DNA of 64,000 bases, taken from contig JAZOVP010000117.1 of assembly GCA_045658765.1 (NCBI GenBank), positions 35,303-99,302 of the forward strand, given 5' to 3'. Each line of letters starts with the position of its first letter. Position 1 is the stretch's first letter. Below the pieces are notes generated by a model that had not been told where the DNA came from, did not search any database, and saw nothing but the letters and a program-made list of their open reading frames with translations. This DNA comes from Eubacteriales bacterium. Its GTDB lineage: Bacteria; Bacillota; Clostridia; Oscillospirales; SIG627. The translations under genes were made by a program, and so were the position numbers. Below are positions 43,756-53,275 of the stretch, piece by piece.

Positions 43756-45016
43756 CTTTAGTGAGCACCGCGTGAACGGCAAAGCGATCGTCTTTTGAGG
43801 CATTCCCGCTTGCGCAGGTGGACAGGGTGATGATCTGACTGTTTTTATCAAAGGCGTGATCGGTTTGGAACACCGAGATAAACTGCATTTGCTCACAGAA
43901 ATTGATGAAATCCTCATCGGAAACGAAATTGGTTTCGAAATAGTTATCGTAGGCGTTGGATTCGTGCGCGGAGAAGGGCTCATAGATAAAGATTCCGTCT
44001 TCGGTGGCGATTTGAATGGTGGCGCCGTGAAACACGGAGGAACTGGCAAAATCGTGCAGGGAGGCAAACATACTGCCGTCGGTCATATTGTGCCCGTAGA
44101 TCACGGTGTTGCGATTTTCTTCGATTTTGGGGGAATTGCGCTCATCGATAAAAATGGTGCCGCCCGAAAGCACTTTGCCATAGAAATCGCGGCGCAGATA
44201 ATAATTTTTCTTTTCCGACCAAACCACGGGGTAATTCACCACCGTGCCGTTGATGGTGATCCAGCCCGCCGTGTCGGGATTGATTTTTTTGAGCTGGGCA
44301 ATTTTTCCCACAAGACTTTGCTGATCATCGGTGAAGGTGGTGCTTGTGGTTTCATCGGATTCGGTTTTGCCTGCCAGAATATCTTGCGGGGTTAAGCTGA
44401 TGATATTTGCCGCGGATTTTTTGAGATATTCATCTTGGAAAAAATCTTTTTTCGTAACGATTTCCTGCAGTTCTTTATTCACTGCCCAGATGCGATAATA
44501 ATCATAGATTTTGGAAAACACAAACACACCCGCGGAAAGAAAACCGAAAATACAAACAAAGAGAATTCCGTAGCGGATCATATCGGATCTGCTGATGGGA
44601 TTCTTTTTTCTTTGGCTCGGATCCTGATAAACCTCATACATTCCGTCGAGCGATTTTTTCACCATTTCTCCCATTTCATTTTTTTCGAGGTTTTGGGGAG
44701 CGGGAGAGGGGGATTCTTTTTTCAGATCGCGCTTTGCACGGAGCGGTTTTTTTACTCTTTTCGGCGGAAACTTTTCTTCTTTTACTTCTTTTTCTTTCGG
44801 CTCTTCCGGATCGAGCCCGAGGGTGGAACCGGAGGGGGTGTCATTTTTTTTCAGATCGCGCTTTGCACGAAGGGGCTTTTTGAATTTCGGTTTTGCTTTT
44901 TCGGGGGCAGAAGGAATTTTGTTTTGAATTTCGGGCTCGGGCTTTTTTTCGGGGTGAGGCGGGGTTTGAGGCGCAGAAAAACTTTTTTCGGCGGAACGGG
45001 AGTGATTTTCTTCCAT
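43745..45016 (-). CDS. srtB: class B sortase with a long lysine-rich N-terminal extension
   Basis: The C-terminal about 230 aa carry GWITINGTVVNYPVV, TVIYGHNM and ITLSTC (catalytic Cys). The start is uncertain. The ATG at 45016 avoids overlap with the helicase gene, whereas the tracked ORF start (45178) overlaps it by 70 nt. Confidence 0.75.
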   Translation of the reverse strand: MEENHSRSAEKSFSAPQTPPHPEKKPEPEIQNKIPSAPEKAKPKFKKPLRAKRDLKKNDTPSGSTLGLDPEEPKEKEVKEEKFPPKRVKKPLRAKRDLKKESPSPAPQNLEKNEMGEMVKKSLDGMYEVYQDPSQRKKNPISRSDMIRYGILFVCIFGFLSAGVFVFSKIYDYYRIWAVNKELQEIVTKKDFFQDEYLKKSAANIISLTPQDILAGKTESDETTSTTFTDDQQSLVGKIAQLKKINPDTAGWITINGTVVNYPVVWSEKKNYYLRRDFYGKVLSGGTIFIDERNSPKIEENRNTVIYGHNMTDGSMFASLHDFASSSVFHGATIQIATEDGIFIYEPFSAHESNAYDNYFETNFVSDEDFINFCEQMQFISVFQTDHAFDKNSQIITLSTCASGNASKDDRFAVHAVLTKVIR

Positions 45017-45108
45017 TTCACCCAAAAAGAAATCGGTTTTCGTTTTGCCTTGTTTTTTGAATCCGAACACGAAGTGCCTCCTTGATTTGACGGTATCTTG
45101 AAACGGGA

Positions 45109-47376
45109 TTACTCCCAGAAAAATTTTAAGGAATCGCGAAGTTCTTTTTCGCGGGAGATGATTTTGGCATCTTCCCAATTTTCGGGGAAGAGCTCACGCA
45201 TTTCTTCATTTAAAAAGCGCAGATCGCAAAGCAGAAGGAAGCCGCGATCTTCTTCACTGCGGATCACTCTTCCCGCCGCTTGCAAAACGCGGCTCCAGCC
45301 CTGCAGGGTATAGGCGAATTTTTTGCCGTCGAGTTCGCGCTTATAATAGGCGGCGCATTCCGCTTCGGCTTCGGGGCTTGGCGGGGGGAAGCCCGTGCCC
45401 ACAATGATTTCGCCCGAAAGGGCATCGCCCTTTAAATCAATGCCTTCCGAAAAGATGCCGCCCATCACGGCAAAGCCCACGAGGGTGCCTTTTTTTTCGC
45501 TTTGGAATTCTTGCAGAAATTCGCGGCGTTTTTTTGAGGTCATCACCTTTTCCTGAACCAATACCCGATGCTCAAAATGACGCTTTTTATATTCTTGCGA
45601 AACGAGATTTAAGTATTCAAAGGAAGGCAAAAATACCATATAGTTTCCGGCTTTGGCGGAAACGGCGGCGTGGATGATATTGCAAATTTTCGGCGCGGTT
45701 TGATATCTTTGGCTATGAGATACATCGATCCCGCAAATGCCAACGAAAAGATTATCGCGGGGGAACGGAGAATCCAGCACCAAAAACTCATCTTTCTCTT
45801 CCCCAGCAAGAAGATCGAAATAATAGGGCTCGGGCAAGAGAGTGGCGGAAAAGAGAAGTGCGGATTTCCATTTTTGAAAGCTTTTCTCGAGGGTGGTTCT
45901 TGGATCCACAAGCCAAATTCGGCACCCGCCCTCGGGGGGATAGAGGGTGGCGAAATTTTCATTGAAATGATGATAGAGAAAAGCGAATTTTTTGAGTTTG
46001 AAAAATAGCTTTTTGATTTCTTCTTTGGTTTCTTCCGTGAGCATTCCAAAGCCGTTTTGCAAGGCAAAACCAACCTTGGGAAGCAGTGCATCCACGGCTT
46101 TTCCCACCTCGGCGGGGGCTTCGAAGGAATAGTATTCTTTGGTGTCTTTTCTTTTTTGCTCGATTTTGGCAAACAGGGTTAAAAGTTCGCCGAAGTGCTC
46201 GCGCAAAAATGCCGCAGGCGGGGTGGGATCGCGAAAGAGCGGATCAAAATCCTCGCCGGAGAGGGTTTCGGTATTGTTTTCTTTGATACGGCTTGGCAGG
46301 TTATGGGCTTCGTCGACCAAAAGAAGAGAATTTTTGGTGGGTTGGATCACGGCGCGCTCGGGATCGAAGGCGTGGTTATAATCGCCGATGATGATCTGAC
46401 AAAACTCTGCCGCTTTTTTGGCAAGAGCGAAGGGGCAGAGATGGAAATGCTCTGCCGCGGCTTTCAATTCTTTTTCGGTGATGCAAGAAAAGGAAGCCAG
46501 AAAAGAAAGCGCATCGGCAAGACGGCTTTCGGTGTTTTCAAAATAGGTGCATTCTTCTTTTTTGCAATCTTCATTTTTTTCGGGGCACAGAGCGGCTTTG
46601 GCGGATAGCACCAAAGTGCGGAATCCGCGCACCTTTTGCAGAGATTCCACGCAAGCGGCGGCTTGAAGCTTCAGGGTGTTTTTCGGGGAAGCATAGAAAA
46701 CGCGATCGACCTTTTCTTTTTCGAGCGCGCGCAGAGCGGGATAAAGCACCGCGGCGGTTTTTCCGATTCCCGTGGGGGCGCAGGCAAAGAGCTTGGAGGA
46801 GGTTTGAATGGCGTTCCAAGCGGCATGAATGAGCTTTTTCTGGCCCTGCCTTAAAGAAGAATGGGGGAATTCCACTTTGGCTTCGCTCTTTTCAAAAAGG
46901 GGAGCCAAAGAAAAAATGCGAGGGGCGATTTCCAAAAAGGTTTCGCGAAGGGATTCTTTTTCGAGGGGGAAGGTTTCGATTTCGGTTCTGCCTTCGGCGA
47001 AGAAAATAAGGCGAAAGGTGAGGCGATCGATTTTTTTTGCGTGCATCAGAGCCAAGGATAAAATCTTTCCGCGCAAGATTCCCGCTTCGCGCAGAGGATG
47101 AAGAGAGGCCATATAATCGGCGGCGTGTTCTTCTTCGAGTATGTATTCCTCCCTCCGCTTGAGGATGCGGTGGGCTTTGCCGGAAACGAGGAGTTCTCCT
47201 TCATTGTGCTTTAAGTGCAAAGAGAGGGGAGTATCCAAAAACACCTCGGCACACTCTTCCCCGAAAAGCAAGGTTCGCTCTTTTTCGGTGGGGCGGGAGA
47301 AAAAACTTTTTTCATTATGAGGAGCCAAGAGCAAAAGGATTTGGTCGAGCGAAATGACCGTGGTTTTTTCTTTCAT
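45109..47376 (-). CDS. XPD/DinG-family ATP-dependent DNA helicase with an extra N-terminal domain
   Basis: 755 aa. Walker A CAPTGIGKT, VDEAHNL (DEAH box), a Cys cluster CPEKNEDCKKEEC (Fe-S type), and C-terminal helicase motifs (GRVIRSEEDRG). Confidence 0.8.
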   Translation of the reverse strand: MKEKTTVISLDQILLLLAPHNEKSFFSRPTEKERTLLFGEECAEVFLDTPLSLHLKHNEGELLVSGKAHRILKRREEYILEEEHAADYMASLHPLREAGILRGKILSLALMHAKKIDRLTFRLIFFAEGRTEIETFPLEKESLRETFLEIAPRIFSLAPLFEKSEAKVEFPHSSLRQGQKKLIHAAWNAIQTSSKLFACAPTGIGKTAAVLYPALRALEKEKVDRVFYASPKNTLKLQAAACVESLQKVRGFRTLVLSAKAALCPEKNEDCKKEECTYFENTESRLADALSFLASFSCITEKELKAAAEHFHLCPFALAKKAAEFCQIIIGDYNHAFDPERAVIQPTKNSLLLVDEAHNLPSRIKENNTETLSGEDFDPLFRDPTPPAAFLREHFGELLTLFAKIEQKRKDTKEYYSFEAPAEVGKAVDALLPKVGFALQNGFGMLTEETKEEIKKLFFKLKKFAFLYHHFNENFATLYPPEGGCRIWLVDPRTTLEKSFQKWKSALLFSATLLPEPYYFDLLAGEEKDEFLVLDSPFPRDNLFVGICGIDVSHSQRYQTAPKICNIIHAAVSAKAGNYMVFLPSFEYLNLVSQEYKKRHFEHRVLVQEKVMTSKKRREFLQEFQSEKKGTLVGFAVMGGIFSEGIDLKGDALSGEIIVGTGFPPPSPEAEAECAAYYKRELDGKKFAYTLQGWSRVLQAAGRVIRSEEDRGFLLLCDLRFLNEEMRELFPENWEDAKIISREKELRDSLKFFWE

Positions 47377-47825
47377 AAATCCTCCCCGAAAATCAAATCC
47401 GCAAGGGCGAAAACAAAGCCCGAAGCGAGGTTGTGGTATAGTCCAAACCCTCTATCAAAAGGAACAGGTGCTTCAAACGGAAGAATGCTTTTTTTGCCTA
47501 AGAAAATTTCTTTTTGAAGGCAGAGCATTGCCTTTTCTTCCGCGATGCTGGAAAAGGTAACCGCATCTTCCCGATTCATTCCGCCCGTGAGAAGAATGGA
47601 GTTTTCCGGCACGGTGCTCACGCGGGCAAATCCCGGAATCAAGAAGAGCTTTGATTCGAAAGAAAGCGCTTCGGGCAGATAATTTTGATCGGATAAAACC
47701 AGATCGTATATTTCCCCGCTTTTTGCTTTTTCGATGCGAAATTTTCTTTCGAAGTTTTTTTGATTTTGCTTTGCGGCGATTTGATGCCGCAGGATGGGTA
47801 TGGTTTCCAAAAAACCGATCTTCAT
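47373..47825 (-). CDS. hypothetical protein
   Basis: 150 aa. GGAGG RBS. Its stop overlaps the helicase start as ATGA. No family recognised. Confidence 0.55.
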   Translation of the reverse strand: MKIGFLETIPILRHQIAAKQNQKNFERKFRIEKAKSGEIYDLVLSDQNYLPEALSFESKLFLIPGFARVSTVPENSILLTGGMNREDAVTFSSIAEEKAMLCLQKEIFLGKKSILPFEAPVPFDRGFGLYHNLASGFVFALADLIFGEDL

Positions 47826-47894
47826 AAATCCTCCCCCCGAACAACTTGTTTCGGCTTTTTTAGTATGGCCGAAAAAGGGGAAGACATACGGGAT

Positions 47895-48503
47895 TTATTC
47901 GGTTTTTTGTTCGGAAAATGCGTTTACGGTGGTTTCGATCAGGCGCCAAACCTCTTCTGCGCCCGTGCCGTTTAAGGAAGAAAACGGAATCACGGGAACG
48001 GGGAAATAGCGATCCTGAAGTTCGTTTAAATTTTTGGCTTGATTGGTTTTATTGAGTTTATCGGTTTTGGTGGCAACGATCACAAAGGGAATGCCTGTTT
48101 CCTGAAGAAAGGAAATCATGGTTTCGTCGTCGCGGCTGGGACCTGTTTTCAAATCCACAAGCTGAAGCACGAGCGCGAGATGTTCGGGATTCTGAAAATA
48201 GGAATCGGTTAGATTCGACCAAACTCTTTTTTCTTTTTCGCTTCGTTTGGCAAAGCCGTAGCCGGGCAGATCCACCAGATAAAAACGCGAATCCACATCA
48301 AAGAAATTCACGGTGATGGTTTTTCCCGGAGAGGACGACACGCGCGCGAGCTTTTTTCTGCCCAAAATTTTATTCAAGGCAGAACTTTTGCCAACGTTGC
48401 TTCGGCCGGAAAAGGCGATTTGGCATTTTCCGTTGCAAAGGAGCTGATCGCGGCGACCTGCCGAAATTTTGAGGGTGATATTGTTTTTATTGATGGGTTT
48501 CAT
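47895..48503 (-). CDS. ysxC: ribosome biogenesis GTP-binding protein YsxC/EngB
   Basis: 202 aa with GRSNVGKSS, DLPGYG and TKTDK G-motifs. Overlaps lon by 4 nt, as in the Bacillus lonA-ysxC arrangement. Confidence 0.88.
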   Translation of the reverse strand: MKPINKNNITLKISAGRRDQLLCNGKCQIAFSGRSNVGKSSALNKILGRKKLARVSSSPGKTITVNFFDVDSRFYLVDLPGYGFAKRSEKEKRVWSNLTDSYFQNPEHLALVLQLVDLKTGPSRDDETMISFLQETGIPFVIVATKTDKLNKTNQAKNLNELQDRYFPVPVIPFSSLNGTGAEEVWRLIETTVNAFSEQKTE

Positions 48504-50839
48504 CGGGTTTTGAGTGCAATCCGAAGCACTTCATCCACGGTTTTGCAAGGGATGAATTCCATGGTTTCCAGCGCTTTGGGATCCACATCCTCCAGATCTT
48601 TTTGATTATCGAAGGGAATGATCACGGTTTTGATGCCTGCGCGAAGGGCGGCACCTGCTTTTTCGCGAAGACCGCCGATGGGAAGAAGATTTCCGTGGAG
48701 GGTGATTTCACCCGTCATCGCCACATCTCCGCGCGCTTTTTTGCCCGAAAGAAGAGAAGCAAGGCAAGTGATGAGGGTGATGCCTGCGCTGGGTCCGTCT
48801 TTGGGGATGGCGCCTTCGGGGAAGTGAATATGCAGATCTTTGGTTTTATAAAATTCGGGATCTTCCACTTCGAGTTCTTTTGCTTTGCTTCGAATGAAGG
48901 AAACGGCGGCGGAAACGGATTCTTTCATCACGTTGCCCAAAGAGCCGGTCATTTCGATTTTGCCGGTGCCGGGAAGACAGAGCGCTTCCACTTCCAGCAT
49001 TTCACCGCCCGAGAGGGTCCATGCAAGGCCATTGACCATTCCAACGCGATCTTCTTTTTTCTTGCGCTCGGGCAGGATTTTTTCTTTGCCGAGAAATTCG
49101 GTGAGATTTTTTTCGGAAACGGAAATTTTTTCTTCGCCGTCGATGATTTTTTTGGCGGTTCGGCGGCAGATTTTTGCGAGTTCGCGCTCGAGTTTACGAA
49201 CGCCTTGCTCGCGGGTATAGCAGCGAATGATTTTGCGCAGGGCGCCATCGGAAATGCGAAGAAGATTCTTTTCGATGCCGTGCTCGGATTTTTGCTTGGG
49301 GATCAGGTGATTTTTGGCAATGGCAACTTTTTCGCTTTCGGTATATCCTTGGATTTGAATGATTTCCATGCGGTCGAGCAGTGCGGGGGGGATGGTGCTC
49401 AGTTCGTTTGCCGTGGCAAGGAACACGCAAGAGGAAAGATCCACGGGAAGCTCCACAAAATGATCGCGGAAGGCATGATTTTGCGCGGAATCGAGCACCT
49501 CCAAAAGAGCGGAGGCGGGATCGCCATGGGAATCGCGGGTGAGCTTATCGATTTCATCCAAAACAATCAAGGGGTTCATGGAGCTCGCTCCTATGAGTGC
49601 ATTGATGATTCTGCCGGGCATTGCGCCGATATAGGTTTTTCGGTGGCCGCGAATATCGGCCTCGTCGCGCACACCGCCAAGCGACACGCGCACATATTTT
49701 CTGCCGAGGGCTTCGGCGATGGAAGAGGCAATACTGGTTTTGCCCACACCGGGAGCACCCACGAGGCAAAGGATCTGACCCTGCACCTTGCCGCGCAGAA
49801 GACCGGCGGCGAGAAATTCCAGAATTCTTTCTTTCACTTTATCCAGTCCGTCGTGGTCGCGATCGAGAATTTCTTTTGCTTTGGCGGGATCCACTTCATC
49901 TTTGGTGAATTTTTTCCACGGGATTTCAAGGCAGGTTTCCACATAGCCGCGAATGAGCGCGGATTCGGAAGAGCCGAAGGGCATATGGGGGATTTTTTTG
50001 GCTTGCGCGATGAGCTTTTCCCTTACTTCATCGGGCAGATCTGCTTTCTTCACGCGAAGGAGCACATCGTCTTCCTCGAAATCGGCTTCGGGCTCGGAGG
50101 AGCCGCTGAGCTCATTTTGGATCACGCGCATCTGCTCGCGAAGATATGCCTCGCGATGCTGGGAATCCATATGGCTTTGCACTTTTCGGGCAAGGCCTTG
50201 CTCGATTTTTGCCACCTCGATTTCGGAGGCAAGAATTTCTTTGATGCGAAGGGCACGCTCGAGGGGATCGAAAATCGAAAGGATTTCCATTTTTTGATCC
50301 GCTCTTCTTAAAAGATTGGATGCGGTATAATCTGCAAGGAATCCCGGATCTTCGATGCTTTGAAGTGCCAAGGTTACTTCCTGAGAAAATTTCGGCAGGA
50401 AGGCGGAAAGATCTTCGATGCTGTGGAGCACGCTTCTGCGATAGGCATCGGAGGCGATGGGATCTTCCGAAACAATATCGCGGCGGATTACTTCTGCCGT
50501 GAGAGCGCCCGATTCCAAACGGAACACATTCCGAATTTCGGCGCGGGCGATTCCTTCGGTGATGATGCGATAACTTTTATCGGGAAGCTTGATGGATTGC
50601 TTGATGCGGGCGATCACACCGATTTTATAAAGATCGGCGGGTTCGGGAACTTCCACTGCACTATCTTTCTGGGTAACCAGAAAAATCATGCCGTCGGCTT
50701 TGAGGGCCATTTCGGCGGCGCGCAAGGTTTGGGGGCGCGCAATTTCAAAGCTTGTGTCGATCCCGGGGAAAACCACGAGCCCTCGCAGGGCAATCACGGG
50801 CAGGGCAACGCGGTCGAGTTTTTCAGAAAAATAAGACAT
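48500..50839 (-). CDS. lon: endopeptidase La (Lon protease)
   Basis: 779 aa. LON N-domain, AAA+ (GAPGVGKTS) and protease domain (PKDGPSAGIT). Confidence 0.96.
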   Translation of the reverse strand: MSYFSEKLDRVALPVIALRGLVVFPGIDTSFEIARPQTLRAAEMALKADGMIFLVTQKDSAVEVPEPADLYKIGVIARIKQSIKLPDKSYRIITEGIARAEIRNVFRLESGALTAEVIRRDIVSEDPIASDAYRRSVLHSIEDLSAFLPKFSQEVTLALQSIEDPGFLADYTASNLLRRADQKMEILSIFDPLERALRIKEILASEIEVAKIEQGLARKVQSHMDSQHREAYLREQMRVIQNELSGSSEPEADFEEDDVLLRVKKADLPDEVREKLIAQAKKIPHMPFGSSESALIRGYVETCLEIPWKKFTKDEVDPAKAKEILDRDHDGLDKVKERILEFLAAGLLRGKVQGQILCLVGAPGVGKTSIASSIAEALGRKYVRVSLGGVRDEADIRGHRKTYIGAMPGRIINALIGASSMNPLIVLDEIDKLTRDSHGDPASALLEVLDSAQNHAFRDHFVELPVDLSSCVFLATANELSTIPPALLDRMEIIQIQGYTESEKVAIAKNHLIPKQKSEHGIEKNLLRISDGALRKIIRCYTREQGVRKLERELAKICRRTAKKIIDGEEKISVSEKNLTEFLGKEKILPERKKKEDRVGMVNGLAWTLSGGEMLEVEALCLPGTGKIEMTGSLGNVMKESVSAAVSFIRSKAKELEVEDPEFYKTKDLHIHFPEGAIPKDGPSAGITLITCLASLLSGKKARGDVAMTGEITLHGNLLPIGGLREKAGAALRAGIKTVIIPFDNQKDLEDVDPKALETMEFIPCKTVDEVLRIALKTR

Positions 50840-51024
50840 TTGCTTTTTGAATCCTTTCGATACAGGTGAAGTGCAAGAGGGTACAAAAACCCATTTTTCT
50901 CATTATAGCATTTTTTCAAGGAAAAAGGAATCTTTTTTTGATATTTTTATATAATTTTATTTTTTTGTTTGGATTTTTGCAAAAAAAGGAGTATAATGGG
51001 AATGAAAAACAAAGGGGCGAATCT

Positions 51025-52017
51025 ATGGAAAAAGATCTTTTTCGGGAAACGGCATCTTTGCTTCCGTTTCCTGCTTTCACGATGGATGAAAATTTAACCA
51101 TCCGATTCCGAAACCGATTGGCAGAAAAACTTTTGCCTTCGGTTCGGATTTTGCGCTCATTTTTGGCAGAAAATGAAGAGAAAATTCTGCAAACGGGTGT
51201 GTTTACCTGCTTTTTGGGAGAGGAGCATTATCTGGTGTTTCGCTTTCGATCGGAAAAAGGAGAATGCCTTCTCGGATTTTTGGAAAATTTTCTGCCGTTT
51301 TATGAGTCGCTTTCCCGCTTGATTCTGGAGCGATCGGAAGCACTTTTTTGGGAATTGAATCCGGAGCGGCTTCTTTCGGAGGTTTCCGAAAATCGGGGAA
51401 AGAATACCGAATTTTTGGATCTTGTGGCTTCTCGCATGGTTTTGCTTCGCAAGGAAGAGAGAATTTATCTTCGTTTGCTGAAAATGAAAGAAGAAAAGGA
51501 TCAAAGGCCCTCATCTTGCAGTGTTTCGGGCTTTTTCCGATATTTAAAAGAGGCGCTCGGGCAGGCAAACCTTGATTTTTCGCTTGAGATGAGCGAAGAA
51601 ATGGGAGTTTTTGTTTCCACGCAGCATCTCACCCTTGCGGTTTTGAATGTGTTTCAATTTGCATTTCTTTATGAAGGGGAAACCAAACTCGAAGTTTCGG
51701 CGCGAAAGGGAGAAGAGAAAAACGAAATTTCTTTTTCGTTTGCGGATCGAAATGATTTGTTTGCAGATTGTTTTTCGGTTCTTTCGGGGAAATCTTTCTG
51801 CAATCAGAGCATCTTTTTATCCCCGCTTTTATGCGTGGCGGCTTTATGCGGCAAAGAGGGGATTGAGATGAGAGTGGAGAAAACAGATCGAGGGGTTTCG
51901 GTGATTCTTTCGTTGCCGAAGGCGGATCACGTGCCGGATTCGTTTCTTTCGGATGTGGCATCCTTCGAGGCAAGAGAACTCGAAAAAATGGTGCGGGAGT
52001 TGTTTTTGAAGCAATAA
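51025..52017 (+). CDS. hypothetical protein
   Basis: 330 aa. AAAGGGG RBS before the ATG at 51025. The tracked ORF extends upstream through an AT-rich region. No family recognised. Confidence 0.55.
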   Translation: MEKDLFRETASLLPFPAFTMDENLTIRFRNRLAEKLLPSVRILRSFLAENEEKILQTGVFTCFLGEEHYLVFRFRSEKGECLLGFLENFLPFYESLSRLILERSEALFWELNPERLLSEVSENRGKNTEFLDLVASRMVLLRKEERIYLRLLKMKEEKDQRPSSCSVSGFFRYLKEALGQANLDFSLEMSEEMGVFVSTQHLTLAVLNVFQFAFLYEGETKLEVSARKGEEKNEISFSFADRNDLFADCFSVLSGKSFCNQSIFLSPLLCVAALCGKEGIEMRVEKTDRGVSVILSLPKADHVPDSFLSDVASFEARELEKMVRELFLKQ

Positions 52018-52044
52018 ATGTTCCGCAAAAAAATCAGAACTGTA

Positions 52045-52073
52045 TTGCGCCTGCGCGCATTTGGTGATATAAT
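52045..52073 (+). promoter_or_regulatory. candidate promoter of pfkA
   Basis: TTGCGC, 17 nt, TGaTATAAT (extended -10). Confidence 0.4.
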
Positions 52074-52105
52074 TGTTTTAGGAAACCGAAAAGGAGATTT
52101 TTGTT

Positions 52106-53086
52106 ATGGCTGAAAATAAAATTAAAAGAATCGGTGTGCTTACTTCGGGGGGCGATGCGCCCGGAATGAATGCTGCAATCCGTGCGGTGGTTCGCGCCGG
52201 TCTTTATTACGGATTTGAGGTATTTGGAATTAAGCGCGGCTATGAGGGCTTGCTCGATGGCGAAATTGCCGAAATGAACAATCACTCCGTTTCGAATATT
52301 ATCAGCCGCGGCGGCACGGTGCTTCTTACTGCGCGCTGCAAAGAATTTAATACTCCCGAAGGAGTAAAACGCGGCAAGGCGATGGCAGAAATTTTCCGTT
52401 TGGATGCGCTGGTTGTGATTGGCGGCGACGGATCGTTTCGCGGGGCAAGAGATTTGCATCGCATCGGATTTCCCGTGATCGGAATTCCTGCCACGATCGA
52501 TAACGACATCGCCTGCAGTGATTATACCATCGGCTACGACACGGCGATGAACACCGTGAAAGAAGCGATCGACCGCATCAAAGACACCGCCTATTCCCAC
52601 GAAAGATGCAGTGTGGTGGAAGTGATGGGCCGAAATGCGGGCTATATTGCGATCAACTGCGGAATTGCGGGCGGTGCGGAAGCATGTATTATTCCCGAAA
52701 AGCAGTGCGATGTGAATGAAGATATTGTGAAACCCATCTTGGCTTGCCGCAATGCGGGCAAGCATCACTATATTGTGATCAACGCAGAAGGGGTTGGCAA
52801 AACCATGGAAATTGCCGAAGAAATTCATGCAAAAACGGGAATTACCACCACCACCACGATTTTGGGTCATCAGCAAAGAGGCGGAAGCCCCACGGTGCGC
52901 GATCGCGTGGCCGCATCTGTTTTGGGTGAAAAGGCAGTGGCGCTTTTGAAGGCAGGCATTTCGGGCAGAATTGTTGCCATGAAGGGCGAATCTGTGGTGG
53001 ATTACGACATTGAAGAAGCTTTGGAAATGGAAAAGCACATTGACGAACAGCTCATTCGAACCGGCAAAATCCTTTCGCTTTACTGA
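52106..53086 (+). CDS. pfkA: ATP-dependent 6-phosphofructokinase
   Basis: 326 aa with RIGVLTSGGDAPGMNAAIRAVV, GGDGS and PATIDNDI motifs. Confidence 0.96.
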   Translation: MAENKIKRIGVLTSGGDAPGMNAAIRAVVRAGLYYGFEVFGIKRGYEGLLDGEIAEMNNHSVSNIISRGGTVLLTARCKEFNTPEGVKRGKAMAEIFRLDALVVIGGDGSFRGARDLHRIGFPVIGIPATIDNDIACSDYTIGYDTAMNTVKEAIDRIKDTAYSHERCSVVEVMGRNAGYIAINCGIAGGAEACIIPEKQCDVNEDIVKPILACRNAGKHHYIVINAEGVGKTMEIAEEIHAKTGITTTTTILGHQQRGGSPTVRDRVAASVLGEKAVALLKAGISGRIVAMKGESVVDYDIEEALEMEKHIDEQLIRTGKILSLY

Positions 53087-53116
53087 TTTTTGAAAAACGA
53101 ATTGGCTCGAATTTAA

Positions 53117-53156
53117 AATCATCCGCGGAGAAGCATTTTCTCCGCGGATTTTTTGA
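53117..53156 (+). terminator. intrinsic terminator of pfkA
   Basis: 12-bp stem atccgcggagaa/ttctccgcggat followed by a T-run. Confidence 0.85.
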
Positions 53157-53178
53157 TCCTTCATATTTGGAAAAACGC

Positions 53179-53207
53179 TTGATTTTTTCTTTGCTCGGTG
53201 CTATAAT
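53179..53207 (+). promoter_or_regulatory. sigma-A promoter
   Basis: TTGATT, 17 nt, TATAAT. Lies 69 nt upstream of the kinase gene. Confidence 0.55.
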
Positions 53208-53275
53208 ATCTTTTAATAGTATCAGCATGAGTTTTTCGCCCGTTGGGGTATCAAAATAAAAAAAGGAAATGGATT

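Noticed and set aside
48602-50311. 569-aa ORF on the plus strand
   Set aside because: It is antisense to lon. It is a shadow ORF with the same G/F/A/H-rich pseudo-protein composition.
52034-53164. 376-aa ORF on the minus strand
   Set aside because: It is antisense to pfkA, whose identity is certain. It even runs through the pfkA terminator and promoter.
53227-53259. 10-codon upstream ORF (MSFSPVGVSK) in the leader of the NahK-like kinase gene
   Set aside because: It has no RBS and no recognisable leader-peptide logic. It is indistinguishable from chance.
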